Below, in pieces: positions 10,403-19,367 of a stretch of DNA of 64,000 bases. The stretch covers positions 2,816,001-2,880,000 of the forward strand of contig OY969934.1 of the NCBI GenBank assembly GCA_963704725.1, read 5' to 3'. Both the position numbers and the translations under genes were made by a program. The stretch is from an uncultured Actinomycetes bacterium. Its GTDB lineage: Bacteria > Actinomycetota > UBA4738 > HRBIN12. The notes under the pieces were generated by a model. It did no database searches and was not told the origin of the DNA. It worked only from the letters and a program-made list of their open reading frames with translations. Position 1 is the stretch's first letter. Each line of letters opens with the position of its first letter.

Positions 10403-11728
10403 TCAGCGGGGGCTGGTCTCGCCTCGGCGCTCGGGCCGCCCGACCGACAGGTAGGTGAGCCCCGCCGCCTCCGCCCGAGCGGGGTCCAGGACGTTGCGGC
10501 CGTCGACGACGATCGGATAGGCCAAGAGCGACCGGAGGTGGTCCAGGTCCAGGTCGCGGTACTCGGGCCACTCCGCGCAGATGACGACGCAGTGGGCGCC
10601 GGCCAGCGCCTCGTCCACCTCGTCCGCGATCTCGAGCTCCGGAACGGCGGCTCGCGCCTCCGCGGACGCCACCGGGTCGTGTCCGACCACGACGGCGCCC
10701 TCGTCGACGAACCGACGCGCCAGCGCGAGCGCCGGAGCGCCGCGCACGTCGTCCGTCCCCGCCTTGAACGCCAGGCCGAGCAGCGCGATGCGCTTGCCCT
10801 CGAGGTTCCACACGGCCTCCTCGACCTTCGCCGCCACGGCGGTCACCGCGTGCTCGTTCACGAGCATGACCTCTCGCAGGAGCGCGAAGTCGTAGCCGGC
10901 GCGTTCGGCGATCCGATGCAGCGTGTGGGTGTCCTTGGGGAGGCAGTAGCCGCCGAACCCCAGCCCCGCCCTCAGGAAGTCCGGCCCGATCCGGGGGTCG
11001 GCCCCCATGACCTCGGTGATCCGGACCACGTCCGCGTCGGTGAGCTCGGCCACCCGGGCCAGCGCGTTGGCGAAGGAGATCTTCGTGGCAAGGAACGCGT
11101 TGGAGGCCAGCTTGGACAGCTCGGCGGTGCGCACGTCGGTCTCGATGAGCGGGATGCCGCGCTCGATCTGCGGACCGTAGAGCTTGCGCATCGCCTCGAA
11201 CCCCGGCTCGTCGTCCGAGCCGACCACGATGCGATCGGGCTCGAGGGTGTCGCGGACGGCGTGCCCCTCACGCAGGAACTCGGGGTTGGCGACCACGCTG
11301 AACCGCAGGCCGGGCCGCTCCCTGGCGATCGTGAGCCGGAGCCGGTCCGCCGTGCCGGGCGGGACCGTCGACTTCTCCGCGATCACCACGCCGGGAGACG
11401 CGTGTTGGGCGAGGTCGCGGCCCACCGCCTCGACGGCCGTGAGGCTGGCGTCGCCGGAGGCGGTCGTCGGCCGCCCGACGCAGATGAACAGAACCTCCGC
11501 GTCCCGCACGGCCTCGGCCGGGTCGGAGAGGAAGCGGAGGCGGCCTGTCGTGGCCTGCCGCCCGATCAGGTCGTCCAGGTCCGGCTCGTGGAACGGCGGC
11601 TTGCCCGCCCGCAGCAGCTCGATCTTGGACCGGTCCAGGTCCATGGCGACGACGTCGTGACCGATCTCGGCGAGCGCGGCCGACGTCACCAGGCCCACAT
11701 GCCCGACGCCGATCACCCCAACCTTCAT
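10403..11728 (-). CDS. ugd: UDP-glucose/GDP-mannose dehydrogenase family (UDP-glucose 6-dehydrogenase)
   Basis: MKVGVIGVGHVG, KSTVPPGT, NPEFLREG, GFGGYCLPKD, GLAFKAGTDDVR. Confidence 0.88.
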   Translation of the reverse strand: MKVGVIGVGHVGLVTSAALAEIGHDVVAMDLDRSKIELLRAGKPPFHEPDLDDLIGRQATTGRLRFLSDPAEAVRDAEVLFICVGRPTTASGDASLTAVEAVGRDLAQHASPGVVIAEKSTVPPGTADRLRLTIARERPGLRFSVVANPEFLREGHAVRDTLEPDRIVVGSDDEPGFEAMRKLYGPQIERGIPLIETDVRTAELSKLASNAFLATKISFANALARVAELTDADVVRITEVMGADPRIGPDFLRAGLGFGGYCLPKDTHTLHRIAERAGYDFALLREVMLVNEHAVTAVAAKVEEAVWNLEGKRIALLGLAFKAGTDDVRGAPALALARRFVDEGAVVVGHDPVASAEARAAVPELEIADEVDEALAGAHCVVICAEWPEYRDLDLDHLRSLLAYPIVVDGRNVLDPARAEAAGLTYLSVGRPERRGETSPR

Positions 11729-11851
11729 GGCGCGAAGCATAGGACGGCCGACTCCGCCCCACCTCGGGAAGGAAGCGTGAACCCTCTGCCCCGTGCGGCG
11801 TGGGGGAGAACCCGTCTTTGTCCGCGGGCCTCGTGAGCGGACCATCTGCCC

Positions 11852-12169
11852 GTGGCCGCGATCGAGCAGCTCGGGCCGGCGGACGCCACGACCTGGCTGG
11901 TCCTGCACGGCCGGGTCTGGGAGGGTGACGAGCAGCGGCTCCTGGAGCGAGCGATCGCCGAGGACGGCGACGTCACCGTGGACCTGACCGAGGTCGACGA
12001 GCTCACGATCGGTGGGTGCTGGGCGCTGCGCAGCTTGGCGGATCGCATGTGGGAGCGCGGCCGCCGTCTCTCCGTCCTCATCCGGCCCGAGCACCCCTCG
12101 CGCGAGCTCTTGGTGCGAACCGGCACGCTGGGGCATCCCCGGATCCGGATCGAGGAGGCCTCGGGCTAG
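11852..12169 (+). CDS. STAS-domain protein (anti-sigma antagonist-like)
   Basis: 105 aa; LVLHG, VTVDLTEVDELT, RGRRLSV pattern typical of STAS. Confidence 0.6.
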   Translation: MAAIEQLGPADATTWLVLHGRVWEGDEQRLLERAIAEDGDVTVDLTEVDELTIGGCWALRSLADRMWERGRRLSVLIRPEHPSRELLVRTGTLGHPRIRIEEASG

Positions 12170-12233
12170 CCCTCGTCCGATGCGGGGCCTGTGCTAGGCT
12201 CGCCCGTCCCCGATGAGCCAAGAAGGTTCCCGC

Positions 12234-13880
12234 GTGAGCGACCGCGACACGCCGAACCCCGCGCCCGACCCCCTCACCCGCCGAGAGCTGCTCCGGGGCG
12301 CAGCTGCCGGTGCCGGGTTGCTGGCCCTCGGCGCGTGCCGGATGGCCGATGGCTCCGCGGCGCTGGCCGGGGAGCGTCCCTCGGTCAGCCGGCTCGGCGA
12401 GACCATCCGCGGCACCCATCGCGTCGGGGCGATGGAGATCGCGGCCGGCCGGACGCTGACCTTCGACCCGGCGGCCGACACCACGCTCGAGCTGACCGGC
12501 AACCTGGTGGTCCTCGGCCGCCTCCGGATGCGGCCGAACCCGGGCGTCGAGCACGTCCTGCGGTTCGTGGACGTCGACGAGGGCGCGTTCGTTGGCGGCG
12601 GCATGGACCCGCTGGACAGCGACGTCGGCCTGTGGGTCGTCGGCGACGGCGTGCTCGACATCCAGGGAACGGAGAAGGCCGCCTGGAACCGGGCCGGGAC
12701 GTCCGGCACGTGGGATCGGAGCGACGAGCTCGTCGTCGCGCCGGTGGATCCGGGTGACTTCACGCCGCGGCCGTTCACCCTCGGTGACCCCGTGCCCTCC
12801 TCCGGCCGTCGCCGGGCCGAGGTGCTGAACCTGACGCGCAACGTCCGCATCGAGGGCACGCCGGGCGGCCGCGCGCACGTCTTCATCCGGTCGACGCAGC
12901 CGCAGTCGATCCGCCACGCGGCCCTGCGGTATCTCGGCCCCCGGCAACCGGAGGGCGACGCCACCGTGGGCGTGCTCGGCCGGTACGGCCTGCACTTCCA
13001 CCACGCACACGGGGGCTCGCGGGGCAGCCTCCTCGAGGGCGTGGTCGTTCGGGACTGTGGCAACCACGCGTTCGTGCCGCACATGTCGTACGGGATCACC
13101 ATCCGCGGCTGCATCTCGTACGAGACGTTCGACGAGGCCTACTGGTGGGATCCGCACGACCCCACGGACGACCTCGTGATCGAACGATGCGTCGCCGCCT
13201 CGGTGCACTTCGACCCGGATCAGCACGGATACCGCCTCGCCGGCTTCCTGCTCGGGCTGGGGCGCCGGATGCAGATGCGGCGGTGTGTCGCGTTCGCGGT
13301 GCACGGCAACCGGGACGCGGCGGGCTATGTCTGGCCGGAAGCGCCGTCCGGCCTATGGAAGTTCGAGGACAACCTCGCCCACAACAACGAGTTCGCCGGC
13401 ATCTTCGTGTGGCAGAACGTCACCGAGCCGCACCGCATCGCCCGGTTCACCGCCTACCACAACGGGGCGGCCGGGATCATCCACGGCGCCTACGTGAACG
13501 CGTACCACTACCGGGACCTCGACCTGCGCGACCAGCCCATCGGCATCCAGCTCGTCGCCGCCGGCCGCCCCGACGTGGACGGGCGCTCACAGTCGTGGAC
13601 GAACGTCAACGGCGGGACCCTGGTGGTGGAGTCGCACAACCTGCCGGGCACCGCGCCCGTGTTGTTCCGCACATGCTCGTTCCCGACCGTCACGCTCGAC
13701 GATGGACAGGGGGACCCGGGCGCGATCGACTTCGTCGAGTGCGGGCTCGAGCCGGCGAGCTTCACGGTGACCTCCCTGAACCCCAACACCGTCGTGCGCG
13801 TCCAGCGCCCGGACCGCAGCGCGTTCGAGCTCACGGCGTCCGGCGTCCGCGACATCCGGGCCTTCTACCCGTACGTCTAG
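12234..13880 (+). CDS. Tat-exported lipoprotein with G8-like/right-handed beta-helix domain
   Basis: TRRELLRG twin-Arg plus LALGAC lipobox; AEVLNLTRNVRIEG, GRYGLHFH, HAFVPH.S.G; GTG 12234 after AGAAGG. Confidence 0.7.
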   Translation: MSDRDTPNPAPDPLTRRELLRGAAAGAGLLALGACRMADGSAALAGERPSVSRLGETIRGTHRVGAMEIAAGRTLTFDPAADTTLELTGNLVVLGRLRMRPNPGVEHVLRFVDVDEGAFVGGGMDPLDSDVGLWVVGDGVLDIQGTEKAAWNRAGTSGTWDRSDELVVAPVDPGDFTPRPFTLGDPVPSSGRRRAEVLNLTRNVRIEGTPGGRAHVFIRSTQPQSIRHAALRYLGPRQPEGDATVGVLGRYGLHFHHAHGGSRGSLLEGVVVRDCGNHAFVPHMSYGITIRGCISYETFDEAYWWDPHDPTDDLVIERCVAASVHFDPDQHGYRLAGFLLGLGRRMQMRRCVAFAVHGNRDAAGYVWPEAPSGLWKFEDNLAHNNEFAGIFVWQNVTEPHRIARFTAYHNGAAGIIHGAYVNAYHYRDLDLRDQPIGIQLVAAGRPDVDGRSQSWTNVNGGTLVVESHNLPGTAPVLFRTCSFPTVTLDDGQGDPGAIDFVECGLEPASFTVTSLNPNTVVRVQRPDRSAFELTASGVRDIRAFYPYV

Positions 13881-14827
13881 GTTCGCCGCCGGCCTCGATC
13901 GCGGAGGGGTCGGACGATCCTGCGGTAGAGGGCGAGCGACGCCGGACCCCCGAGGACGACGAGCCAGGAACCCGCCACCTTCCCGTTCCACGGGTCCGTC
14001 GCGAGCGCCCGCGTCGCCGGGCGGACCGCCGGCCCCCACCGACCGGCCCGCAGGTACCAGATCCCGATCGCCGCGAGGTACTCGGCATGGCGTCGCGGGT
14101 GGCGGACGAAGGCGAGGCGGTGCTTCCGCTCGGTCCGGTCCATCGCGCGTGCCCGGGCCAGGGGGTCGCCGTGGATGTGCCCCAGGTGATGTCGGTTGAT
14201 CCGATAGGTGACGACGGGCAGTCCCTCGATGGAGCACGTCGCGTTCAGACGCAGCAGCAGCTCGCTGTGCTCGGCGCTCCGAAGCTCGTCGTCGAAGCCG
14301 CCGAGACGGACGAGCACGTCGCGCGGCACGACCAGGCTGTTGCCGACCCGAACGGGCGCGCCGTCGAGGAAGTAGTCCATCCCCCTGGGCATGGACCTGG
14401 GGAAGCGCGTGGCCTCGGTGGAGCCGTCCGCTCGCACCGTCTCGACCCCGCCCAGGACGGCGACGGGGGGCGGCAGCGTGGAGCGGGCGGCGGCCCGGAG
14501 CGACCGCTCCAACATGTCGGGCAGGAGCTCGTCGTCGTCGTCGAGGAACGCGACCCACTCACCCGTGGCCCGCGCCAACCCCGCGTTGCGGGCCGCCGAC
14601 ACGCCTCGGGAGCTCGACAAGCGCACCACCGACACGCGGGCGTCGGCGTCTTGCAGCTCGAACGGTGGATCGGATGCGTCGTCGACGATGACGACCTGCG
14701 ACGGCGGGACGGATTGCGCGAGGGCGCTGCGGAGGGCTCGGCGAGCCATCCCGGGACGATCGCGCGTCGTGATCACGATCGTCGCCAGGTTCGACGACGG
14801 GGTCTCGGAGACGGCGGGGTCGATCAT
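13877..14827 (-). CDS. Glycosyltransferase family 2
   Basis: IVITTRDR, IVDDAS, GVSAARNAG, AFLDDDD, GGFDDEL. Confidence 0.9.
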   Translation of the reverse strand: MIDPAVSETPSSNLATIVITTRDRPGMARRALRSALAQSVPPSQVVIVDDASDPPFELQDADARVSVVRLSSSRGVSAARNAGLARATGEWVAFLDDDDELLPDMLERSLRAAARSTLPPPVAVLGGVETVRADGSTEATRFPRSMPRGMDYFLDGAPVRVGNSLVVPRDVLVRLGGFDDELRSAEHSELLLRLNATCSIEGLPVVTYRINRHHLGHIHGDPLARARAMDRTERKHRLAFVRHPRRHAEYLAAIGIWYLRAGRWGPAVRPATRALATDPWNGKVAGSWLVVLGGPASLALYRRIVRPLRDRGRRRT

Positions 14828-15041
14828 CCCGCCGCCGTGTCGATCCGGCACAACGCCCGACGGCGGTACGAAGTCTCACCCATCGATCCGATGCTCCGAT
14901 GCGACCGTCTCGGTACCGTCCGCGCAGCGACCGGGGCGCCCGCGCAGGTGGGGGAACCTGGTTCGGCCGAGGCAGGGTGCGAGCCCCGGAAGGCCGGATG
15001 ACCGCGCGGGCGCCCCGGGTCGTGACCCCGCGGGCTCCCGG

Positions 15042-16601
15042 TCATGTTCGGACGGAGTGCGACCCCGCTCCCCGACGAAGGACGAAGCGGCGGAGCTTGC
15101 CGGACGGCGTCCTGGGGAGCTCGTCGACGACCTCGAACGCCTGCGGCACCTTGAAGCTCGCCAGCCGAGTGCGGCACAGACGCAGCAGCTCGCGCGAGAG
15201 CTCGCGAGGGTCGCGGTCGGACACGACGAACGCCTTGAGGACGGGGACCCCCGACCCGTCGTCCGTGGCGATCACCGCGGCGTCGACGACGCCGTCGTGG
15301 CCACGCAGCACGTCCTCGATCTCCGTCGGCGCCACCCAGATGCCGCCGAGCTTCACGAGGTCGTCGAGTCGTCCCGCGTGGTACACCCGGCCCTCGACGA
15401 TGCGGACGCGATCCCCCGTCCTCATCCACGAGCCCTGGTAGGCGCGCTCGGTGAGCTCGGGGCGCCGCCAGTAGCCCGCGAACGTCGTCGGTCCCCGGAC
15501 CCACAGCTCGCCGTGGTCCCCCTCGGGGATCGGCTGCCCGTCCCGGTCGAGCGCCGCGACCTCGTAGCCGTCCAGGGCCCGCCCCGCGCTTCCCGGGACG
15601 ATGTCGTCCGGCCGGTTCGACGTGACGTGGTGCAGGGCCTCCGTCGAGCCGAGCCCGTCGAGGAGCGACCGGCCGAAGGCGCTCCGGAAGCGTTCGTACA
15701 GATCGGTGTCCAGCGCCTCGCCGGCGCTCACGACCGCCCGGACCGAGGAGGGGAGATCGGCCCCGGACAGGCCGGCGAAGCCGCGGAAGAACGCCGGCAC
15801 GCCGAACAGCAGCGTCGGGTGGCTCCGGCCGAGGAGGTCGTTGACCATGGCGGGGATCGCCGGCGTCTCGGCCACGACCACGGAGGCGCCCACCGAGGCC
15901 GGCAGGTACACGGAGTTGCCGAGCCCGTAGGCGAAGAACATCCTCGACACCGAGAACGCGACGTCGTCCGCCTCCATCGCCAGCACCTGCGCGGCCAGCC
16001 CGTTGGGCGCGAACCGCAGGTGGCGATGTCGGTGCATCGCGGCTTTGGGCAGGCCGGTCGTCCCCGACGTGTAGAGCCACAGGGCGATGTCGTCCTCCCG
16101 TGTGGGCGCCGGCTCGAGCGTCGCGGGCCTGCCGCAAGCCTCCGACCACGAGATGGTCTCGTCCATGGGCTCGGGCTCGGCCAGCAGGCACGCCACGGAC
16201 GTGCCCTCGACCGCGCGGCGCGCGGCCGAGACCGACGTGGCGTCGCACACCAGCGCGCGAGCCTCGCTGTCGGTCAGGATGAAGTGGAGGTCGGAGGCCG
16301 AGAACATGGGCGCCACGGGGACGGGGACGAGCCCGGCCTTGACGGCCCCCCAGAACGTGGCGACGAACTCGAGGCGGTCGCGGGTGGCGATGACGACCCG
16401 GTCGCCGCGCTCCAGCCCCAGACCCACCAGCCCGGCTCCGGCCGCATCGGCCGCGGCCGCGACCTCCGCGTAGGACCACGCCCGCGCCGACGTCCGAAGG
16501 TAGGGCCGGTCGGACCGGCCCGGAGCGAGGTTGCGCTCGAGGAGGTCGACGGCGGCGTTGTAGGACGACGCACCGTTCTCGGTCGCGGCGCGCTCGCTCA
16601 T
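15042..16601 (-). CDS. Benzoate/4-hydroxybenzoate-CoA ligase family AMP-binding enzyme
   Basis: YNAAVDLL, WLYTSGTTGLPK, FFAYGLGNS, LDGLGSTE, TPSGKLRR; ATGA overlap with upstream gene. Confidence 0.85.
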   Translation of the reverse strand: MSERAATENGASSYNAAVDLLERNLAPGRSDRPYLRTSARAWSYAEVAAAADAAGAGLVGLGLERGDRVVIATRDRLEFVATFWGAVKAGLVPVPVAPMFSASDLHFILTDSEARALVCDATSVSAARRAVEGTSVACLLAEPEPMDETISWSEACGRPATLEPAPTREDDIALWLYTSGTTGLPKAAMHRHRHLRFAPNGLAAQVLAMEADDVAFSVSRMFFAYGLGNSVYLPASVGASVVVAETPAIPAMVNDLLGRSHPTLLFGVPAFFRGFAGLSGADLPSSVRAVVSAGEALDTDLYERFRSAFGRSLLDGLGSTEALHHVTSNRPDDIVPGSAGRALDGYEVAALDRDGQPIPEGDHGELWVRGPTTFAGYWRRPELTERAYQGSWMRTGDRVRIVEGRVYHAGRLDDLVKLGGIWVAPTEIEDVLRGHDGVVDAAVIATDDGSGVPVLKAFVVSDRDPRELSRELLRLCRTRLASFKVPQAFEVVDELPRTPSGKLRRFVLRRGAGSHSVRT

Positions 16602-18235
16602 GCCTGAGCTTCCCTGCCCCGGGTGAGATCGGTCTCCCGATCGAGGATCCGCTCCCACACGGGGGTGGGGAGCGCCTCGATCACGACGAACATGACGACC
16701 CCGCCGATGGCCGCCCGGTAGCGCCGCCACACGTAGGGGTGGAGGGTGTCCACCTCCTGCGGGAAGCAGCGCCGGAACACCTCGTCGATCTCCCCCGCGG
16801 TCTCGTGCGTTCCGAACTCGAACTCGAGCTTCTCGATCCTGGGGTCGACGAACAGCTGCCCGAGGTTCAGGTGTGTCGCCTCGAGCAGCGCCGCGAGCGT
16901 GGGGTCGATCTGCCCCAGGTCCACGTACGAGAGGTTCCGTGACAGCCACACCGATCCCATGCGATACCCCGTGCAACGGGCCAAGACCTCACCGTCCTCC
17001 GACAACGGCGGGCTCAGCCACCGGACGGGCGGCTGGAGCTTCCACTGGGACACCACCTCGAGGTGCGGCGGGGCGCCGGTGATGGACTCGATCGTCTGCG
17101 CCAGGGTTCGGTCGGTCATCCGGAGCACGGCGGCGGGATCCAGGGGGAGCCCGGCGTCTCCCGCCTCGAACGTCCCCACGGTCCGGCCGACGGCGCGCGC
17201 GATCGGGCGGAGCTCGGACATGAGCTCGCGCATGGCCTCGATGTCGATCGCCACGCCGTCGGGGTCGTGGACGGCCTCGGTCCCCACCTCCAGGACGAGG
17301 CCGTCGGCTCCCGCGGCGACCGCGGCCTTGGCCATCGCCGGCACGGTGCCGACGTGAGGCGCCGTCTGCGACGGATCCGCGACGAGCGGGAGGTGGCTCA
17401 GCTGCTTGATGAGCGGGACGGCGTTGATCTCGAACCGCGGCTTGCGCAGCGCGTCGAACGTGCGGATCCCCGACTCGCACAGGATGACCTTCCCGTTCCC
17501 GTGCAGGAGCACGTACTCGGCGGCGAGAAGGAACTCCTCCACCGTCGCTCCCGGCCCGCGCCGCAGCATCACCGGATGCTGCGTCCGGCCCATGTCCCGC
17601 AGGAGGCTGAAGTCCTGCATGTTCCGGCTCCCCACCTGCAGCAGATCGGCGACCAGGACGGCCGCCGGGAGGTGGCTCGCGTCGGCGACCTCCACGCACA
17701 GCGCCAGCCCGTGCTCGTGCGCGATGTCTCGGAGCCGGGCCAGCGCGTCGGGGGTGAGCCCGGAGGCCGCGTCGCGAGGGGGGGTCAGGGCGATCTGCCC
17801 GGCGTGGAAGACGCGGCATCCCGCCTCGCGGAGCAGCGGCGCCAACAACCGGAACCTCGCGTCGCTCGCGGCGGCCCACCTCGAGCTCACGATGACGCCG
17901 AGCGGGGCCCGGCCCCCCAACCGGACGATCTCGGGCGGCGCGAGCCCGTCCCGTTGGAGCGCGATCTCGATGGCGACGTCCTCGTCGAAGAGCTCCCGGC
18001 TCGCCAGTCGGTAGGGAACGGAGACCTGCACGAGGCGGCGGACCGAGGGAAGGCGTTCGAACGGCTCGCTCTCCACGGGCCGCACGCCGTCGCCGAGCGG
18101 CACGGCGGCCCACCCGTCGCCCCGGGTCACCCGTGCGCCCGGGAGCAGGCCCCCAGCGACCGCGAGCACGTCGGCGAGGTCGGATTCCGCCGCCGAGGGG
18201 TCGAGCACGATGACGCAGGGGGCCGTGACCTGCAC
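16598..18235 (-). CDS. Fusion: regulatory ferredoxin/ACT-like domain + degenerate type I-beta DAHP synthase + chorismate pyruvate-lyase-like domain
   Basis: LQVGSRNMQDFSLL, LAAEYVLLHGN.KVILCE retained but GPCSVE and KPRTS lost; C-terminal TDRTLAQTIESITG...LEVVSQ...RRYRAAIGG.VMFVVIEALP resembles UbiC/Rv2949c-type lyases. Confidence 0.7.
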   Translation of the reverse strand: MQVTAPCVIVLDPSAAESDLADVLAVAGGLLPGARVTRGDGWAAVPLGDGVRPVESEPFERLPSVRRLVQVSVPYRLASRELFDEDVAIEIALQRDGLAPPEIVRLGGRAPLGVIVSSRWAAASDARFRLLAPLLREAGCRVFHAGQIALTPPRDAASGLTPDALARLRDIAHEHGLALCVEVADASHLPAAVLVADLLQVGSRNMQDFSLLRDMGRTQHPVMLRRGPGATVEEFLLAAEYVLLHGNGKVILCESGIRTFDALRKPRFEINAVPLIKQLSHLPLVADPSQTAPHVGTVPAMAKAAVAAGADGLVLEVGTEAVHDPDGVAIDIEAMRELMSELRPIARAVGRTVGTFEAGDAGLPLDPAAVLRMTDRTLAQTIESITGAPPHLEVVSQWKLQPPVRWLSPPLSEDGEVLARCTGYRMGSVWLSRNLSYVDLGQIDPTLAALLEATHLNLGQLFVDPRIEKLEFEFGTHETAGEIDEVFRRCFPQEVDTLHPYVWRRYRAAIGGVVMFVVIEALPTPVWERILDRETDLTRGREAQA

Positions 18236-19047
18236 TAGACCGACCTGCCCACCGCAAGCGCCATGCTGCGGACCCGTCCCATGAACCCGCCGAACGTCGA
18301 GGACTCGAGCGACTGGTCGCCGTCGGACAGCGCCGCCGCGGGGTCGGGATGGACCTCGACGAGGACGCCGTCCGCGCCGGCCGCGATCCCCGCCAGCGCC
18401 ACGGGGGTGACGAGGTCCCGCCGCCCCGTGCCGTGCGACGGATCGACCACCACGGGCAGATCGCTGCGGAGCTTGATCTCGGGGATCGCCGCGATGTCCA
18501 GGCTGTTGCGGGTGGCCGGTTCGAAGGTTCGGCTCCCTCGCTCGCAGATCACGACCTGGTCGTTGCCCCGGACCACGATGAACTCGGCGGCCGCCAGGAC
18601 CTCGTCGATCGTCGCGGTGACTCCCCGCTTCAGCAGCACGGGTCGCCCCGACGCCGCCGCGGCTTCCAGGAGCGCCCGGTTGTCCATGTTCCGCGCGCCG
18701 ATCTGCACCATGTCCGCGTACCGGGCCACGGCGGCGACCTCGTCCGCGGACATGGCCTCGGTGACGACCCCCATCTCGAGCTCGTCGGCCACCTCTCGCA
18801 TGATGGCCAAGCCGCGCTCACCAAGACCCTGGAAGCTGTAGGGAGAGGTCCGCGGCTTGAACGCCCCGCCCCGCAGGAGCACGGCCCCCGCTGCGGCTAC
18901 CGCGAGCGCGGCCTCCCGGAACTGCTCGGGGCCCTCCACCGAGCAGGGGCCGGCGACCACGCGGACCGGATGACCGGCTCCGAAGGTGATGCCCGCGACG
19001 GAAACGCCGACCCTCGACACGGGCGCGTCCATGAGATCCGCACTCAT
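18235..19047 (-). CDS. aroF: 3-deoxy-7-phosphoheptulonate (DAHP) synthase, type I-beta, catalytic barrel only
   Basis: [60 protein letters not shown]. Confidence 0.92.
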   Translation of the reverse strand: MSADLMDAPVSRVGVSVAGITFGAGHPVRVVAGPCSVEGPEQFREAALAVAAAGAVLLRGGAFKPRTSPYSFQGLGERGLAIMREVADELEMGVVTEAMSADEVAAVARYADMVQIGARNMDNRALLEAAAASGRPVLLKRGVTATIDEVLAAAEFIVVRGNDQVVICERGSRTFEPATRNSLDIAAIPEIKLRSDLPVVVDPSHGTGRRDLVTPVALAGIAAGADGVLVEVHPDPAAALSDGDQSLESSTFGGFMGRVRSMALAVGRSV

Positions 19048-19098
19048 CGAATCGTTCGATCCCCTGGGAAGGTGTCCGCCCAGTGTGAGGCACCGCGC

Positions 19099-19136
19099 CG
19101 TAGCTCACATACGACGACGGTCGTAAACCTCCTACC
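19099..19136 (-). promoter_or_regulatory. Two GTA-N7-TAC operator-like sites upstream of aroF
   Basis: CGTAGCTCACATACG (19099-19113) and CGTAAACCTCCTACC (19122-19136). Confidence 0.5.
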
Positions 19137-19367
19137 GCCGCCGCAGGAGCAGCCTCGGCCGGACTACCCGAATCCGGGGAGACCGTTCGACCCGGTCGGA
19201 CCCGGGCCCCCGCCGCCCGCCGAGAGGGCCTGTGAAGGGTCCCCCATCCGGCGTAACCGAACCGACGAATTCACCCGCACAGCCGAGCAAGACCTCGGGG
19301 TCGGCGGCCGATACCTAAGGGACCCATGCGGGCCATGCCCACATGGTCATCTCGAGGGAGGAGCAGC

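Noticed and set aside
19084-19109. TGTGAG-N14-CTCACA as a CRP site
   Set aside because: Spacer far from the 6 nt of CRP boxes; single occurrence
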